Of a stretch of 36,535 nt of DNA, positions 26,845-36,427 are shown piece after piece (the stretch's first letter is position 1; each line of letters opens with the position of its first letter). A program made the position numbers and the translations under genes. The stretch lies in the NCBI GenBank assembly GCA_043800705.1, contig JAZDMS010000027.1:1-36535 (forward strand), read 5' to 3'. The notes under the pieces were generated by a model. It was given only the letters and a program-made list of their open reading frames with translations. It was not told the DNA's origin and did no database searches. The stretch is from Candidatus Altiarchaeota archaeon (GTDB taxonomy: Archaea > Altiarchaeota > Altiarchaeia > IMC4 > SCGC-AAA252-I15).

Positions 26845-29800
26845 TCAGGTTGCGGTCAACTGTACGGGTGCGGCGGTGTCTCTGGAGTAGGGGTTGTAGT
26901 ATTCGTAGACCTTGGATTCGGGGGTTTTGACGTTGACGGGATATTGGGCCCTCAGGGTGTAGCCGATTTCAAGGGGGCTGTTTGGGTCTAGTTCGGGGAT
27001 GTAAATGACGATCCTGTTTCCTTCAAGCTCGTACCTGTCGATACTTCCCTGTTCCTTCAATGTGTTGAGGGAGGCAACGTCGGTGGTGAATCCTGGCGGC
27101 ACACCTAGGTCGGCTATCAGCATCTTGAGCTTGCCCAGTCCCGTCCATGTCACCTTCGCGGACACCGGTACGGGCTCGTTGACCCTCATCGTCGCAGCGC
27201 CGTAGTCCAGGTCAAGGCGCAGCGCCCTCTCCCCGCCCACGCTCCCCCACGGATTGTAGTAGCTTTTCACAAGCTCGTAGCGGATGTTTCCGGTCCCGCT
27301 CCTTTTGATCTCCACGACGTTGTATCCTTCGACCGTGTCGGATCCCATGTCGACGAATCTGACGACGTCCACGTTGCTTTTGTCAAATCCGAGGCTTGCA
27401 GCCTGCCTGCCGTTGATAAGGATTGAAGCCTCCATGTCGGTGTCCCTCTGCTGGATGTTTTCGGCTGCCGTGGCAAGGGCTTTCATGGATAGTATCGTCG
27501 CCTGGGTGGATCCCCAGTTTCCGTTGCCGCCCTTGCGCATGATAAGGTAATTCAGCGCCGACGCGGCGGTCTCCGGCTTGTAGCCTCCAATCATATATGC
27601 GGTCGCGGTCATGGCCGCGGTCTCCAGGTCTTTGGAGCCGCCCTTCGACCCCGTCCAGCTGCCGTATCCGGCATAAGCCTGGGGGGGTCGGCCAGTATGT
27701 TGCGTTGCCTTCCTGGACTTTCATTGACTCGAGTTCCTGGAGTATCCGCAGGGCGGTGGCGTCTTTTTTGTCGGCTTCGATGAGGCCGTTTGCGCATACG
27801 GCCAGCGTGTACGGGTCCTGGTTTTTGTCTATCCCGATGTTGTTCCTGATGTATGTGTTTGCCCTGGCCATCTCGCTGCCTCCGTAGCCGCTGTGGGCGA
27901 GGCTCCAGTAGACGAAACACGTTGAAGTCAGCCTGTTGTTGGCCATGCTCTCCGCCATGTGCAGCGACTGCGTGGGCTCCCAGGAGCCGTCGCTCTTCTG
28001 CTGAGAGGCGAGCCACTTCTGCGTCCTGGCTATGAGTGCGGGGTCGATGTCGTAGACGTCGGACATGTCCTTGAATTCCATGAGGCCGTATGCCGTCAAA
28101 AGGAGCTTGGGGGGCGGGTTGCCGTACCAGTCGAATCCCCCCGGCGTCGATGTCTCGAACTTGAGGAGCCTCTGGTAGCCTGTGCCGATGTATCCTTCGG
28201 CCTTTTTCTGGATTTCCGGAGTCGACTGGCCCGTCTTCTTCATGTATTTCAGGATCAGTATGTTGGGGTATGTGACTGATGTTGTCTGTTCGAAGCAGCC
28301 GTACGGCATCTGGAGCATGCTTTCCATTCCGTCGATCACCTGGCTGAAGTAGCCTTGGTAGAATTTGGCTGTTATTTTGCCTGTCCCGTCGACTGCGATC
28401 GGAGGTATATCGACGATCTCACTCATGTCGTCGTTGAGGACACCAGTCGCGGTTTCCGTTATTTCCTGCCCGTAGGGTTTGACTTCAACGGGTTTGGAGA
28501 GGGCGTCGCTCATCGCCGCGCCGAAGCCGTAGGCTGTCAGCTTGTGGAGGCCGTGTTTTTTTGCTTTGATGTGGAAGTTCACGGATGTGACGTCTCCGGG
28601 GCCGAGGCTGACCGTTTTATTCCCTTCGTCAAGGAGCTGGTACCATTCCGCAGGTTCGATCTCGATCTTCACGTCCTGTCCTGTGTCGAGGTAGTTGTAG
28701 ACGGCGACCGGCACCCATATCTCGTCGTCCTGTGTGAGGATCCTCGGCAGATCGAGGTCTATGAAGAAGTCCTGGAAGACCCTGATCCCCGTGTCGTTGG
28801 ATCCGAGCCTGCCGTCAGGCGACGATGCGAAGGCGGAAGCCCTCCAGGTCGTTATGGAATCCGCCATGATGAGGCTGACATGCGCCCTGCCTTCTTCGTC
28901 GGTTATGACCTCCGGATTATAGTATAGTGTTTCGGGGAAGTACTGCCTCAGGTACGGCTTGGAGGACGTGGCCTCCTGCCTCGTTAAGGCAGCCTTTTCA
29001 AAGGCGCGGCCCTGGCCTTCTGTGCTGATGGAGGAGTCGAATCCGCCGGTGGACGTCGTGGAGCCCGAATTCATGTTGAATATTCCCAGCTGCCACCAGA
29101 CGACGCCCATGAAGAAGAATATGAAGAAGAATAGGATGATCAATCCTGCGCCTCCCCCCCTTACGGCGCTGGCGATCCCCCAGAGAACCAAGACAATGAC
29201 GCCGACAGCCACTGCATACCAAATCAGCGAGCCGGCGAGCCTGGCGAAAAATGCGTCGTACCTCCCCTTCAGGTTGTTCACAATCATCGCCTTGTCCGCG
29301 TATGAGTCGGCCTTTAGCGCGTAGTCGGCGCCGCTCACGTTCGATGCGGCTATCAGGGCTGCGAGGGCGTATCTGTCTCCTTCGGCCTCGTTGATGTCGA
29401 ATGGGAGGGCGACTACGGGCTGGGGGAGGCCGCTTCCCGGGATGATGTTAGCCCCGTTGCCGGCTGCCTTCTCGAGGGCAAAGACGGATTCGTCGACGAT
29501 TTTCAGCTCCAAGGCGGAAGGCACACCTTGGCCGTCGCCCTCCACCTGTATGTCGATTCTTGCGTCGGAGCCGGGCAGATAGACCGGCTTGTCCGGCATT
29601 ATCCGGACTTCCAGGCCTGCGCCGTCGCCGACGAACACGGCCCTGCCGTCCTTTACCATGTCCGCTGTGCTGGATGCCTTGTAGCATGCGAGATAAAGGG
29701 CCCCCGACATCTCCTGCGTCACATCTATCTCGGCGGAGCCCCTGTTCTGGCTCATGGGCACGGATTTTGTGAGTATCGTCTGGCCGCCTTTCACGACGTC

Positions 29801-31792
29801 CAGGTAGGCTGCCGGGACGCTGTATTGTCCGGAGTATACGCACTCCACCTGCATCCTGTCGCCGACTGAGTAGGTTTGCCTGTCCGTCTTCAGGACCATG
29901 TGTTCGCCGGCCTGGTCTGCCTGGAGGGTTCTCACCGCCCTGGCGGATGTACCTTTCCCGTCGTCAGCCGAGATGTCCAACCTGTACTCGCCGGAGCCCT
30001 GAGGCGTGGCCGTATAAGCAGCCACCCCCAGCCTGTTGGTGCGTATGCGCTCCCCGTTCACTTCAAGGTCTAACTCCGCCGGGCGGCCGTCGGGGTAGGC
30101 TGCTATGATGTATACGTTGTTCTCCATCCCCCACCTCAGCCTCTCGGCTTCAGGGAGCGCAAGTATCGTCAGTTTCTCGGAGGACACGGGGACGGCGGCC
30201 AAGGTCGCCTCCGAATGCCCTGTCGAGTCGATGACGGTGGCGTTGAATGCGAGGAAGGACTCCCCCTCGCCGCTTGGGGCGGGGATGTCCACCGCGAAGT
30301 CGAATGCCCCTTTTTCGTCGGGCCTGCCCTGCACCTCCCGTACTGTCCGGAGCCTCCCGTCTAGGACGGACACGTGGACGTCGGCGTCGGAGACGGGCTT
30401 CCCGAAGAAGTATGCGGAAGAGACCGACGCCTTCAACCTGTCGCCTGGCGCATAGTATCTTTTGTCGCTCATGAAGGAGACCTTGAACTTCGGCAGCGCG
30501 TATTTTTTCACGTCGACCTTTTTCTCAATTCCGCCCTTGTCTGTCAACACCCGGACCTTATATGCGCCGAGGTTGATGTCGTCGGCGAGGAGGAGGTCTG
30601 CGGAGGCTATCCCGAACCTGTCCGTCAACGCGGATTTCTTGAATATCTTGTTAGCTTTCGAGTCCTCGACCTCGAAGGTGGCGGGCTCTTGTGTGATGGG
30701 TTTCCTGCTGAAGGGGTTTATCAGGAGGGCCCGCATATGGATTTCCTGGCCTGGCTGATAGAGCGGTTTGTCGGTCGTCAATAGGGCGGCTGATTCCCCC
30801 CTGACCTCGACGGAACCGAGGTATGTGTCCTCCCCGACGGACGCCCGCAGGCCGTATTCGCCCTCCGGCCATTCTGAAGCAGGCAATGTGAATGAGATTT
30901 CGGCGGAACCCGTCTCGTCAGTGACTCCGGAGAAGACGGCCCTTCCCGGCCCGGTTTTGGGGGTCAGCTCAATCCTTACCGGGGCCTGGGCGAGGGGGGC
31001 GAGCGTTTTCATGTCGACTGCGACGATCCTCATCGAGGCTGTGGAATCCTGCATGAAAACCCCCTGAGACATCAGGAGGGTCTGCTGCATCCTGATGTTC
31101 TGGTCGATGTTCGTCACGTAGGAGGCAAATACACCCGCGGCGACGATTATTACCGCCGCGGCGATGAGGGCGCCTTTCCGGTATTGTCTGCCTGCTTCGG
31201 TCTTGAATATGACGTATCCGACGACCGCTGCAATCACTACGATGTTTAAGGCCAGCGAGTCCGGGTCTCGGGGAAGTTCGAAGAAAAAGGCGCCCGCCCG
31301 GCGGGCAAAGTCGTCTGTCATAAAGCTGCCGCCGCCTCTGCCCACGCTCCCAGCCAGGATGGTAGGCTTCCCGGACGGGTCCTCGACCGGGCCCCTGATG
31401 GTTCCGCCGTCGGAATGCGTGGACTTTTGCCCCGCAATGGTCACTTCATAGTCCAGTCTGATGCCGACGTTGTAGATGTCGCCGACCTGGGTGCTGTATC
31501 CCTCATTGCATCCGGATAGGACGACCTGGAAGTTTTCCCCATGCGGGATATAGCCCTGAGTGTATTCTGAGACTCCGACGCATTGGCCGCCTGACAGGAG
31601 GTTCTTTGCGCCGACGCCGGTCAGCCTTATCGGGGCTCCCACTCCGTTCGTGAAAATCACGGTAAAGAAGCCGTCGGCGGACATCCCAGTGGCAGCCAGC
31701 TGCGGCTTGATCTTGGAAAACGCCGAAGCGCCGGATGAAAGCAGGGTGCAAACCAAAAGAAGGGAGAAAATGGTCCTGAGCATTAGGCCCAT
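26845..31792 (-). CDS. Membrane-anchored alpha-2-macroglobulin family protein, frameshifted at the G7 tract 27681-27687 (~1648 aa if restored)
   Basis: TDKPLYQPG (MG2), [33 protein letters not shown] and thioester MPYGCFEQ (GCFEQ at 28286-28300). The second frame carries [10 protein letters not shown] and the C-terminal VYEYYNP. Confidence 0.9.
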
Positions 31793-31835
31793 GATATATT
31801 ACTCCATTTGATTGATATAAAAGCATCGAACGGTT

Positions 31836-33185
31836 TTAATCGGCTGCCTTCTTCTGTCCCTCGACGAACAGCTTCCTGCCCATGTTTACGCAGCCTTCTA
31901 TGCCAAGGTTGACTGTAGGGTCGACTACTGCGACAATCCACGCCCGTTTTATGGACTGGTGGGGATCGTTCTCAGGCCCGAGCTCAGATAGCATCCCCTT
32001 CCAGAACGGGTTCTCCTCCTTGTCTCCGTATTTGAATGTCATCCCTCCGCCTCCGCCGATGATTATCTGCTTCGGGTTGCGCATCGCGGTGATGTTCCTT
32101 ATGAACCTCCCCAGGTGTTTCCCCGAAATCCTCATCGCCTCTGCCGCTAGCTCGACCTGCGGGGGTCTGCCGTTCGCGAGCCTGTCGGCGACTCCGGAGT
32201 CGAAGACGACATGCTTCACGTACTCTTCATGGCCTTCTTGGGGTGTGAATCCGTTCAGTCGGCCGAGGAGTTCCTCCGTTGCGCTGACGCTCCTTTGCAG
32301 CTCCGTCCTCTCCTGGGCTGAGAGGTCGGCGGCGTGTTCAGCCAGTTTCTTCTGGTTGTGTTTCTGCGTCTCTGAGAGAAGAGTCTTCATTTCTTGCACG
32401 TTCATCTTCCTCTCACCCGAGAACGACTTCGAGACGAGGTGTCTGACGAGCTTCTCCTGCCCCGTAGTCGACGCCACGGCCTCGATGCAGACGCTTCCGC
32501 TGTTGTGCTTGCCGCACCCGCAGCGGAACTTCTCCGCGGAAAGGTCGGTGTGGACCTCTCCGTGGCCTCCCTCCTGGGCTCCGAAGGCGCCCTCGTTTAC
32601 CCCCCACCTGTCTGCGATTCCGACGCCGATGCCCGTGCCGAGCCAGATGAAGTATGATTCCTCACGTGCTTCCAGCTTGTTCAATTCCCCGAGTCCTTGA
32701 TTAATGGTGACTGGATTCTTCCCGAGGTTCGTGGTAGCGGCGACTATGTCGACGTCGTTGTACCCCCTTACCACCGCATCTCCCCTCAAGCCGGCCAAGG
32801 TAAGTTTTTCACGCACTGGGGTTTCCATGTCGACTTCTGCCATGACTTTGGTCTCGGGGTCTTTGCCTATCGCGTTTGGCATCTTGTATTTCCCCTTGTA
32901 TCTCGAACCCGGGGCTCCGAAGACAACTGCATCTATTTCCGAGACTGAGACCTCCGCAGCTTTGGCTGCCTCGATAATTGCAGAATTAATATTTTTCACG
33001 TGGCCTTCGACCCGTTGGGCTACGGGCTCGTCCTCAGAAACCTTGTATGTTGGGAAAGAATGTTCGCCTTTTTTGACGCCGTCCACGAATACCGCGGCTC
33101 TCGTGCTCTTGCCGCCGAAATCGACTCCGACGAGGACCTTCGGCTCCCTTATCGCGTCCTTCAAAGAAGCGTCAAGTTGTTGCAT
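31836..33185 (-). CDS. ROK family sugar kinase with helical insertion
   Basis: GVDFGG, G.PG, ND, LGTGIG.G and EGGH..CGCG..C.E. ATG at 33185 has GGAGG upstream; alternative ATG at 33224. Confidence 0.82.
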   Translation of the reverse strand: MQQLDASLKDAIREPKVLVGVDFGGKSTRAAVFVDGVKKGEHSFPTYKVSEDEPVAQRVEGHVKNINSAIIEAAKAAEVSVSEIDAVVFGAPGSRYKGKYKMPNAIGKDPETKVMAEVDMETPVREKLTLAGLRGDAVVRGYNDVDIVAATTNLGKNPVTINQGLGELNKLEAREESYFIWLGTGIGVGIADRWGVNEGAFGAQEGGHGEVHTDLSAEKFRCGCGKHNSGSVCIEAVASTTGQEKLVRHLVSKSFSGERKMNVQEMKTLLSETQKHNQKKLAEHAADLSAQERTELQRSVSATEELLGRLNGFTPQEGHEEYVKHVVFDSGVADRLANGRPPQVELAAEAMRISGKHLGRFIRNITAMRNPKQIIIGGGGGMTFKYGDKEENPFWKGMLSELGPENDPHQSIKRAWIVAVVDPTVNLGIEGCVNMGRKLFVEGQKKAAD

Positions 33186-33266
33186 GTTTTCGACTCCTCC
33201 GGATCGCCCGCCCAGTGTATTCATATAGGATACTCGGATGAAGACGGATAAAAAGCAGAAAAAACA

Positions 33267-33299
33267 GGGTTCTACCATGTTTCTATCCCTCGGCCAAAG
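33267..33299 (-). repeat. Diverged duplicate of the aspS 3' end (LWPRDRNxVEP)
   Basis: 27 of 33 nt identical to 33448-33480. Confidence 0.8.
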
Positions 33300-33444
33300 T
33301 ATCGTCAAACTTTTCTAAAGAAACGTTTGATTGAAGAGTCGGTCATCAGATGGGATGTCGACTCTTCAAGACATAAGGCGAAGCCTTATGCTGATCAAAA
33401 GGGGGCTGGCTCTCTATGCTCGCTACCCCCAACTAACAAAAAAT

Positions 33445-34743
33445 CTACGGTTCTACTCTGTTCCTGTCTCTCGGCCAAAGAACGCATTCCCTCACGTTGT
33501 TCAGTCCGCAGATGGATGTCACTATCCTCTCGATGCCGAGTCCGAATCCGCCGTGCGGGGGCATCCCGTAGCGGAAGGCCTTGAGGTAGAATTCGAAGTT
33601 GTCGGGGTCGAGGCCGCGGTCTAATAGTGCCTGCACGAGCTGGTCGTGGTCGTGTATCCTCTGCGCGCCGGACGAGAGTTCGAGGCCCATGTAGTCTAGG
33701 TCGAATGCCCCGCATATCTTCGGGTTGTCGTCAAGAGGCCTGGAATAGAACGCCCTTATTGCGGTCGGCCACCTGGTGATGAAGAAGGGTGCGTTGACGA
33801 TCTCGTTAAGCTTCCTCTCCCCCTCCGGCGGGATGTCGTCGCCCCACTGGAGCTTTATTCCGCTTTCCCCTAGCAATTTGAGGCATTCGTCGTATGTGAT
33901 CCTCCTGAAGGGGAGTATCGGCACGTCGATCTTCCTGTTCAGAAGCTCGAGCTCCTTCGGGCATTCATCGACGACCTTCTTGATCATGTAGTGGGTGACG
34001 CCCTCCAATTCCTCCATGACGCCCCCCTCGTCGTCGATGAAGGCCTTCTCGACGTCGAGCATGTATACCTCGTTCAGGTGCCTCGGAGTGCTGTGCGGCT
34101 CCGCCCTGAACACCGGCATCGTGATGAAGACCTTGTCCAATCCCGCGCTCATCATCATCTGCTTGTAAAGCTGCGGGCTCTGGCAGAGGAACGCCTCCTT
34201 CTCGAAATACGTTATCGCGAAGAGGTTCGTTCCGCCCTCGCTCGCCGCGGCGATGATGCTCGGCGGGTTGATCTCGAGGAATCCCCTCTGGGTGAAGAAT
34301 TCGCGATAGGCCTCCTGGACCTTCGCCCTGATGGTGAATATCGCCCGCACCTGCGGTTTGCGGACGTCCATGAACCTGTTGTTGAGTCTCGTATCCAAGT
34401 CGGCGTCGACTTTGCTTGTGACATCCAGCGGAAGAGGCGACTTGGCCGCGCTGATGACGCTAAAGGTTGTCGGATTAACTTCGACGCCGCCGGGCGCCTT
34501 CGGGCTTGCCTTGACGACTCCTTCGATCTTTACGACCGACTCCCTGCTTACGGCCTTTATCGCGTCAAGGAGCTTCTGCTCCGTGGAACCCTCCTTGGCG
34601 CAGATTTGTACGAACCCTCCCCGGTCCCTGAGAACCAGGAACTTGAGTTTGCCGAGGTCACGGACCTCGTATACCCATCCGGCCAAAACCACCTTCTGAC
34701 CGTTCATCTCCGGCTTTACGTCGTTGGAGTAGTGGGTCCTCAT
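33445..34743 (-). CDS. aspS: Archaeal-type aspartyl-tRNA synthetase, probably non-discriminating
   Basis: OB fold [34 protein letters not shown] and [17 protein letters not shown] has the Pro typical of ND-AspRS. Confidence 0.95.
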   Translation of the reverse strand: MRTHYSNDVKPEMNGQKVVLAGWVYEVRDLGKLKFLVLRDRGGFVQICAKEGSTEQKLLDAIKAVSRESVVKIEGVVKASPKAPGGVEVNPTTFSVISAAKSPLPLDVTSKVDADLDTRLNNRFMDVRKPQVRAIFTIRAKVQEAYREFFTQRGFLEINPPSIIAAASEGGTNLFAITYFEKEAFLCQSPQLYKQMMMSAGLDKVFITMPVFRAEPHSTPRHLNEVYMLDVEKAFIDDEGGVMEELEGVTHYMIKKVVDECPKELELLNRKIDVPILPFRRITYDECLKLLGESGIKLQWGDDIPPEGERKLNEIVNAPFFITRWPTAIRAFYSRPLDDNPKICGAFDLDYMGLELSSGAQRIHDHDQLVQALLDRGLDPDNFEFYLKAFRYGMPPHGGFGLGIERIVTSICGLNNVRECVLWPRDRNRVEP

Positions 34744-34875
34744 GGTGTCTTAAAAACTGCCGGCTGAAGCCGACAGTTTTGATACAACGCAACCTGCCAC
34801 AACACTTACAATGTGTTTTTTCTGTCCTCTGAAGCATGCAGGTTGCATTGTCTCATACTAGGAACAGACGATTTA

Positions 34876-35358
34876 TTAACCAAATTCTATCTCCACTTCG
34901 CAGTCGGATGCGGCATTGATCAGTCTCCTTATGTCCTCGACGCCCATCCTTAGGCGGCCACGGTCGGCTATTTCGACGCGTATGCGGTAGGCTTTCGCAC
35001 CCCCGGGCCTAAGCAGCGTGTTTATGCCGCTGATCCTCGCCGGGGCGATGATGGCTGTCGCCATCTCGATGAGGCTGTCTTGGCCGATGACTTTGACCTT
35101 TTTTCCGATGCGTTCCGAGAGGGCTCTTATGTTGGCGCCTCCCTTGCCGATCACCTTGCCGACGTCCTTGGCGACGATCATCACCTGGTCTTCGGTGTCT
35201 ATGGCGTGGGCGAAGTCGGCCTCGTCAGCGAGCATCTCTGCCAGAGCCCTCGAAGTTTCGACGTCGTATACGTTGATCGCCCCCGATGCCAGTTTGGACT
35301 CGCAGGCGGCGCAAAGGATGTTGGACCTTGCGCACTTGAGGCAGATCGGCAGTGCCAT
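34876..35358 (-). CDS. Archaeal NusA-like KH-domain protein with N-terminal Zn finger
   Basis: PICLKC....LCAAC and the GKVIGKGG.NI KH motif. Confidence 0.8.
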   Translation of the reverse strand: MALPICLKCARSNILCAACESKLASGAINVYDVETSRALAEMLADEADFAHAIDTEDQVMIVAKDVGKVIGKGGANIRALSERIGKKVKVIGQDSLIEMATAIIAPARISGINTLLRPGGAKAYRIRVEIADRGRLRMGVEDIRRLINAASDCEVEIEFG

Positions 35359-35495
35359 ATAGAATGAAACGACCGCAGGCTATTAAGCTTTATTTTGGAT
35401 TCAGAGAAGGAAAAAATGTGATAACTCTGAATCCGAGATACAATATCAAATTAGCCCATGGCGAATTTGTCATATTGTGCTCGCGGCGCAATATT

Positions 35496-36071
35496 TTATC
35501 TGCGGTGGCTGCTAGGATTTTCCTCGACTAGCGGGGTGAAAAGGTAGTATTTCGAATCTCCCTTCAGCTCCTCGACTATCTTCTCCACCAGCACGCTTAT
35601 CGGGTCGGGTATGCTCGTGAGGCGCTTTCGCATGTCATCGAAGCTCGCGAACGGCTGGATCTCCCTCTCTTCCAGGATCTCCTCCCTGTGCCTCCTGCCG
35701 ATCTTCGGCAGGGTCTCGAGCTTGTGCTGCCTGGTGCTGATGGTCCCCGCGGTGTTGTAGAAGTTGAGGAACTCCTTCTCGTTGGCCTCTATGACCTCCC
35801 TTATCATGTGCGGCAGCTCGGATTTGGCGGTGGGCGTCAGCCATTCGTACTTGATCCTGCGCTCGATGTGGTCGATTTTCTGCCTTGACTCCTCGCCGAT
35901 GTAGACCCTCTCGCTGAGCTCGAAGTCCATGCCCTCCTTCGGGGAAAGCTCCAGAAGCGAGAAGTATTTGTCTCCGAGGCCTTGTACGAGCGGCTTGCGC
36001 TTGTGCGGGGGCACTTCGGATTTGCCTTTTGGCAGATAATCCAGAACTCTGACATAGTCGTCTTTTTTCAT
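35496..36071 (-). CDS. DUF655 family putative RNA-binding protein
   Basis: VLDYLP.G, FSLLEL, RVYIG..R, H.LE.LP.IG HhH-like motif and PF.SF.D. Usual position after rpoF. Confidence 0.9.
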   Translation of the reverse strand: MKKDDYVRVLDYLPKGKSEVPPHKRKPLVQGLGDKYFSLLELSPKEGMDFELSERVYIGEESRQKIDHIERRIKYEWLTPTAKSELPHMIREVIEANEKEFLNFYNTAGTISTRQHKLETLPKIGRRHREEILEEREIQPFASFDDMRKRLTSIPDPISVLVEKIVEELKGDSKYYLFTPLVEENPSSHRR

Positions 36072-36082
36072 TTGCCACCACT

Positions 36083-36427
36083 TTATCGGTATTGGTCAAC
36101 TACGTCAATGATCTTCTTGATCTCTTCTTCAGTGTATTTGAATCGCTCCTTTGCGAAAATCGCCCTGATGTCGTCGACTGACTTCGGCATCAGGTCTATT
36201 ATCTTGACTATCCTGTCCGCGTTCAGCGTTATCTCGAGGGTGGAGAGCTTCCCGCCCATCTCCTTGGCGTCCTTTTCGCTTATCTTCGCGAACTTGGCTG
36301 CGTGCTCCAGTGCCCTCTTCTGCTCGTATAGAAGTTCGCCTCCGGCGCCGACGTAGATCTCCTCCTTGTCTTTCATTACCGCCGCGACCTCTGGCAGCGA
36401 AACAGGCTTTTCGTCGATGATGTTCAT
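36083..36427 (-). CDS. rpoF: DNA-directed RNA polymerase subunit F (Rpo4)
   Basis: L.YEQKRALEHAAKF and KIIDLMP...DDIRAIF; lies between rpl21e and DUF655. Confidence 0.92.
   Translation of the reverse strand: MNIIDEKPVSLPEVAAVMKDKEEIYVGAGGELLYEQKRALEHAAKFAKISEKDAKEMGGKLSTLEITLNADRIVKIIDLMPKSVDDIRAIFAKERFKYTEEEIKKIIDVVDQYR

Noticed and set aside
26845-27612. Independent 255-aa gene
   Set aside because: It is the C-terminal part of the frameshifted A2M; its frame is open upstream to the G7 tract.
33225-33308. ORF-track N-terminus MTILWPRDRNMVEP of the ROK protein
   Set aside because: It is the duplicated aspS tail that happens to be in frame. The real start is likely 33185 or 33224.
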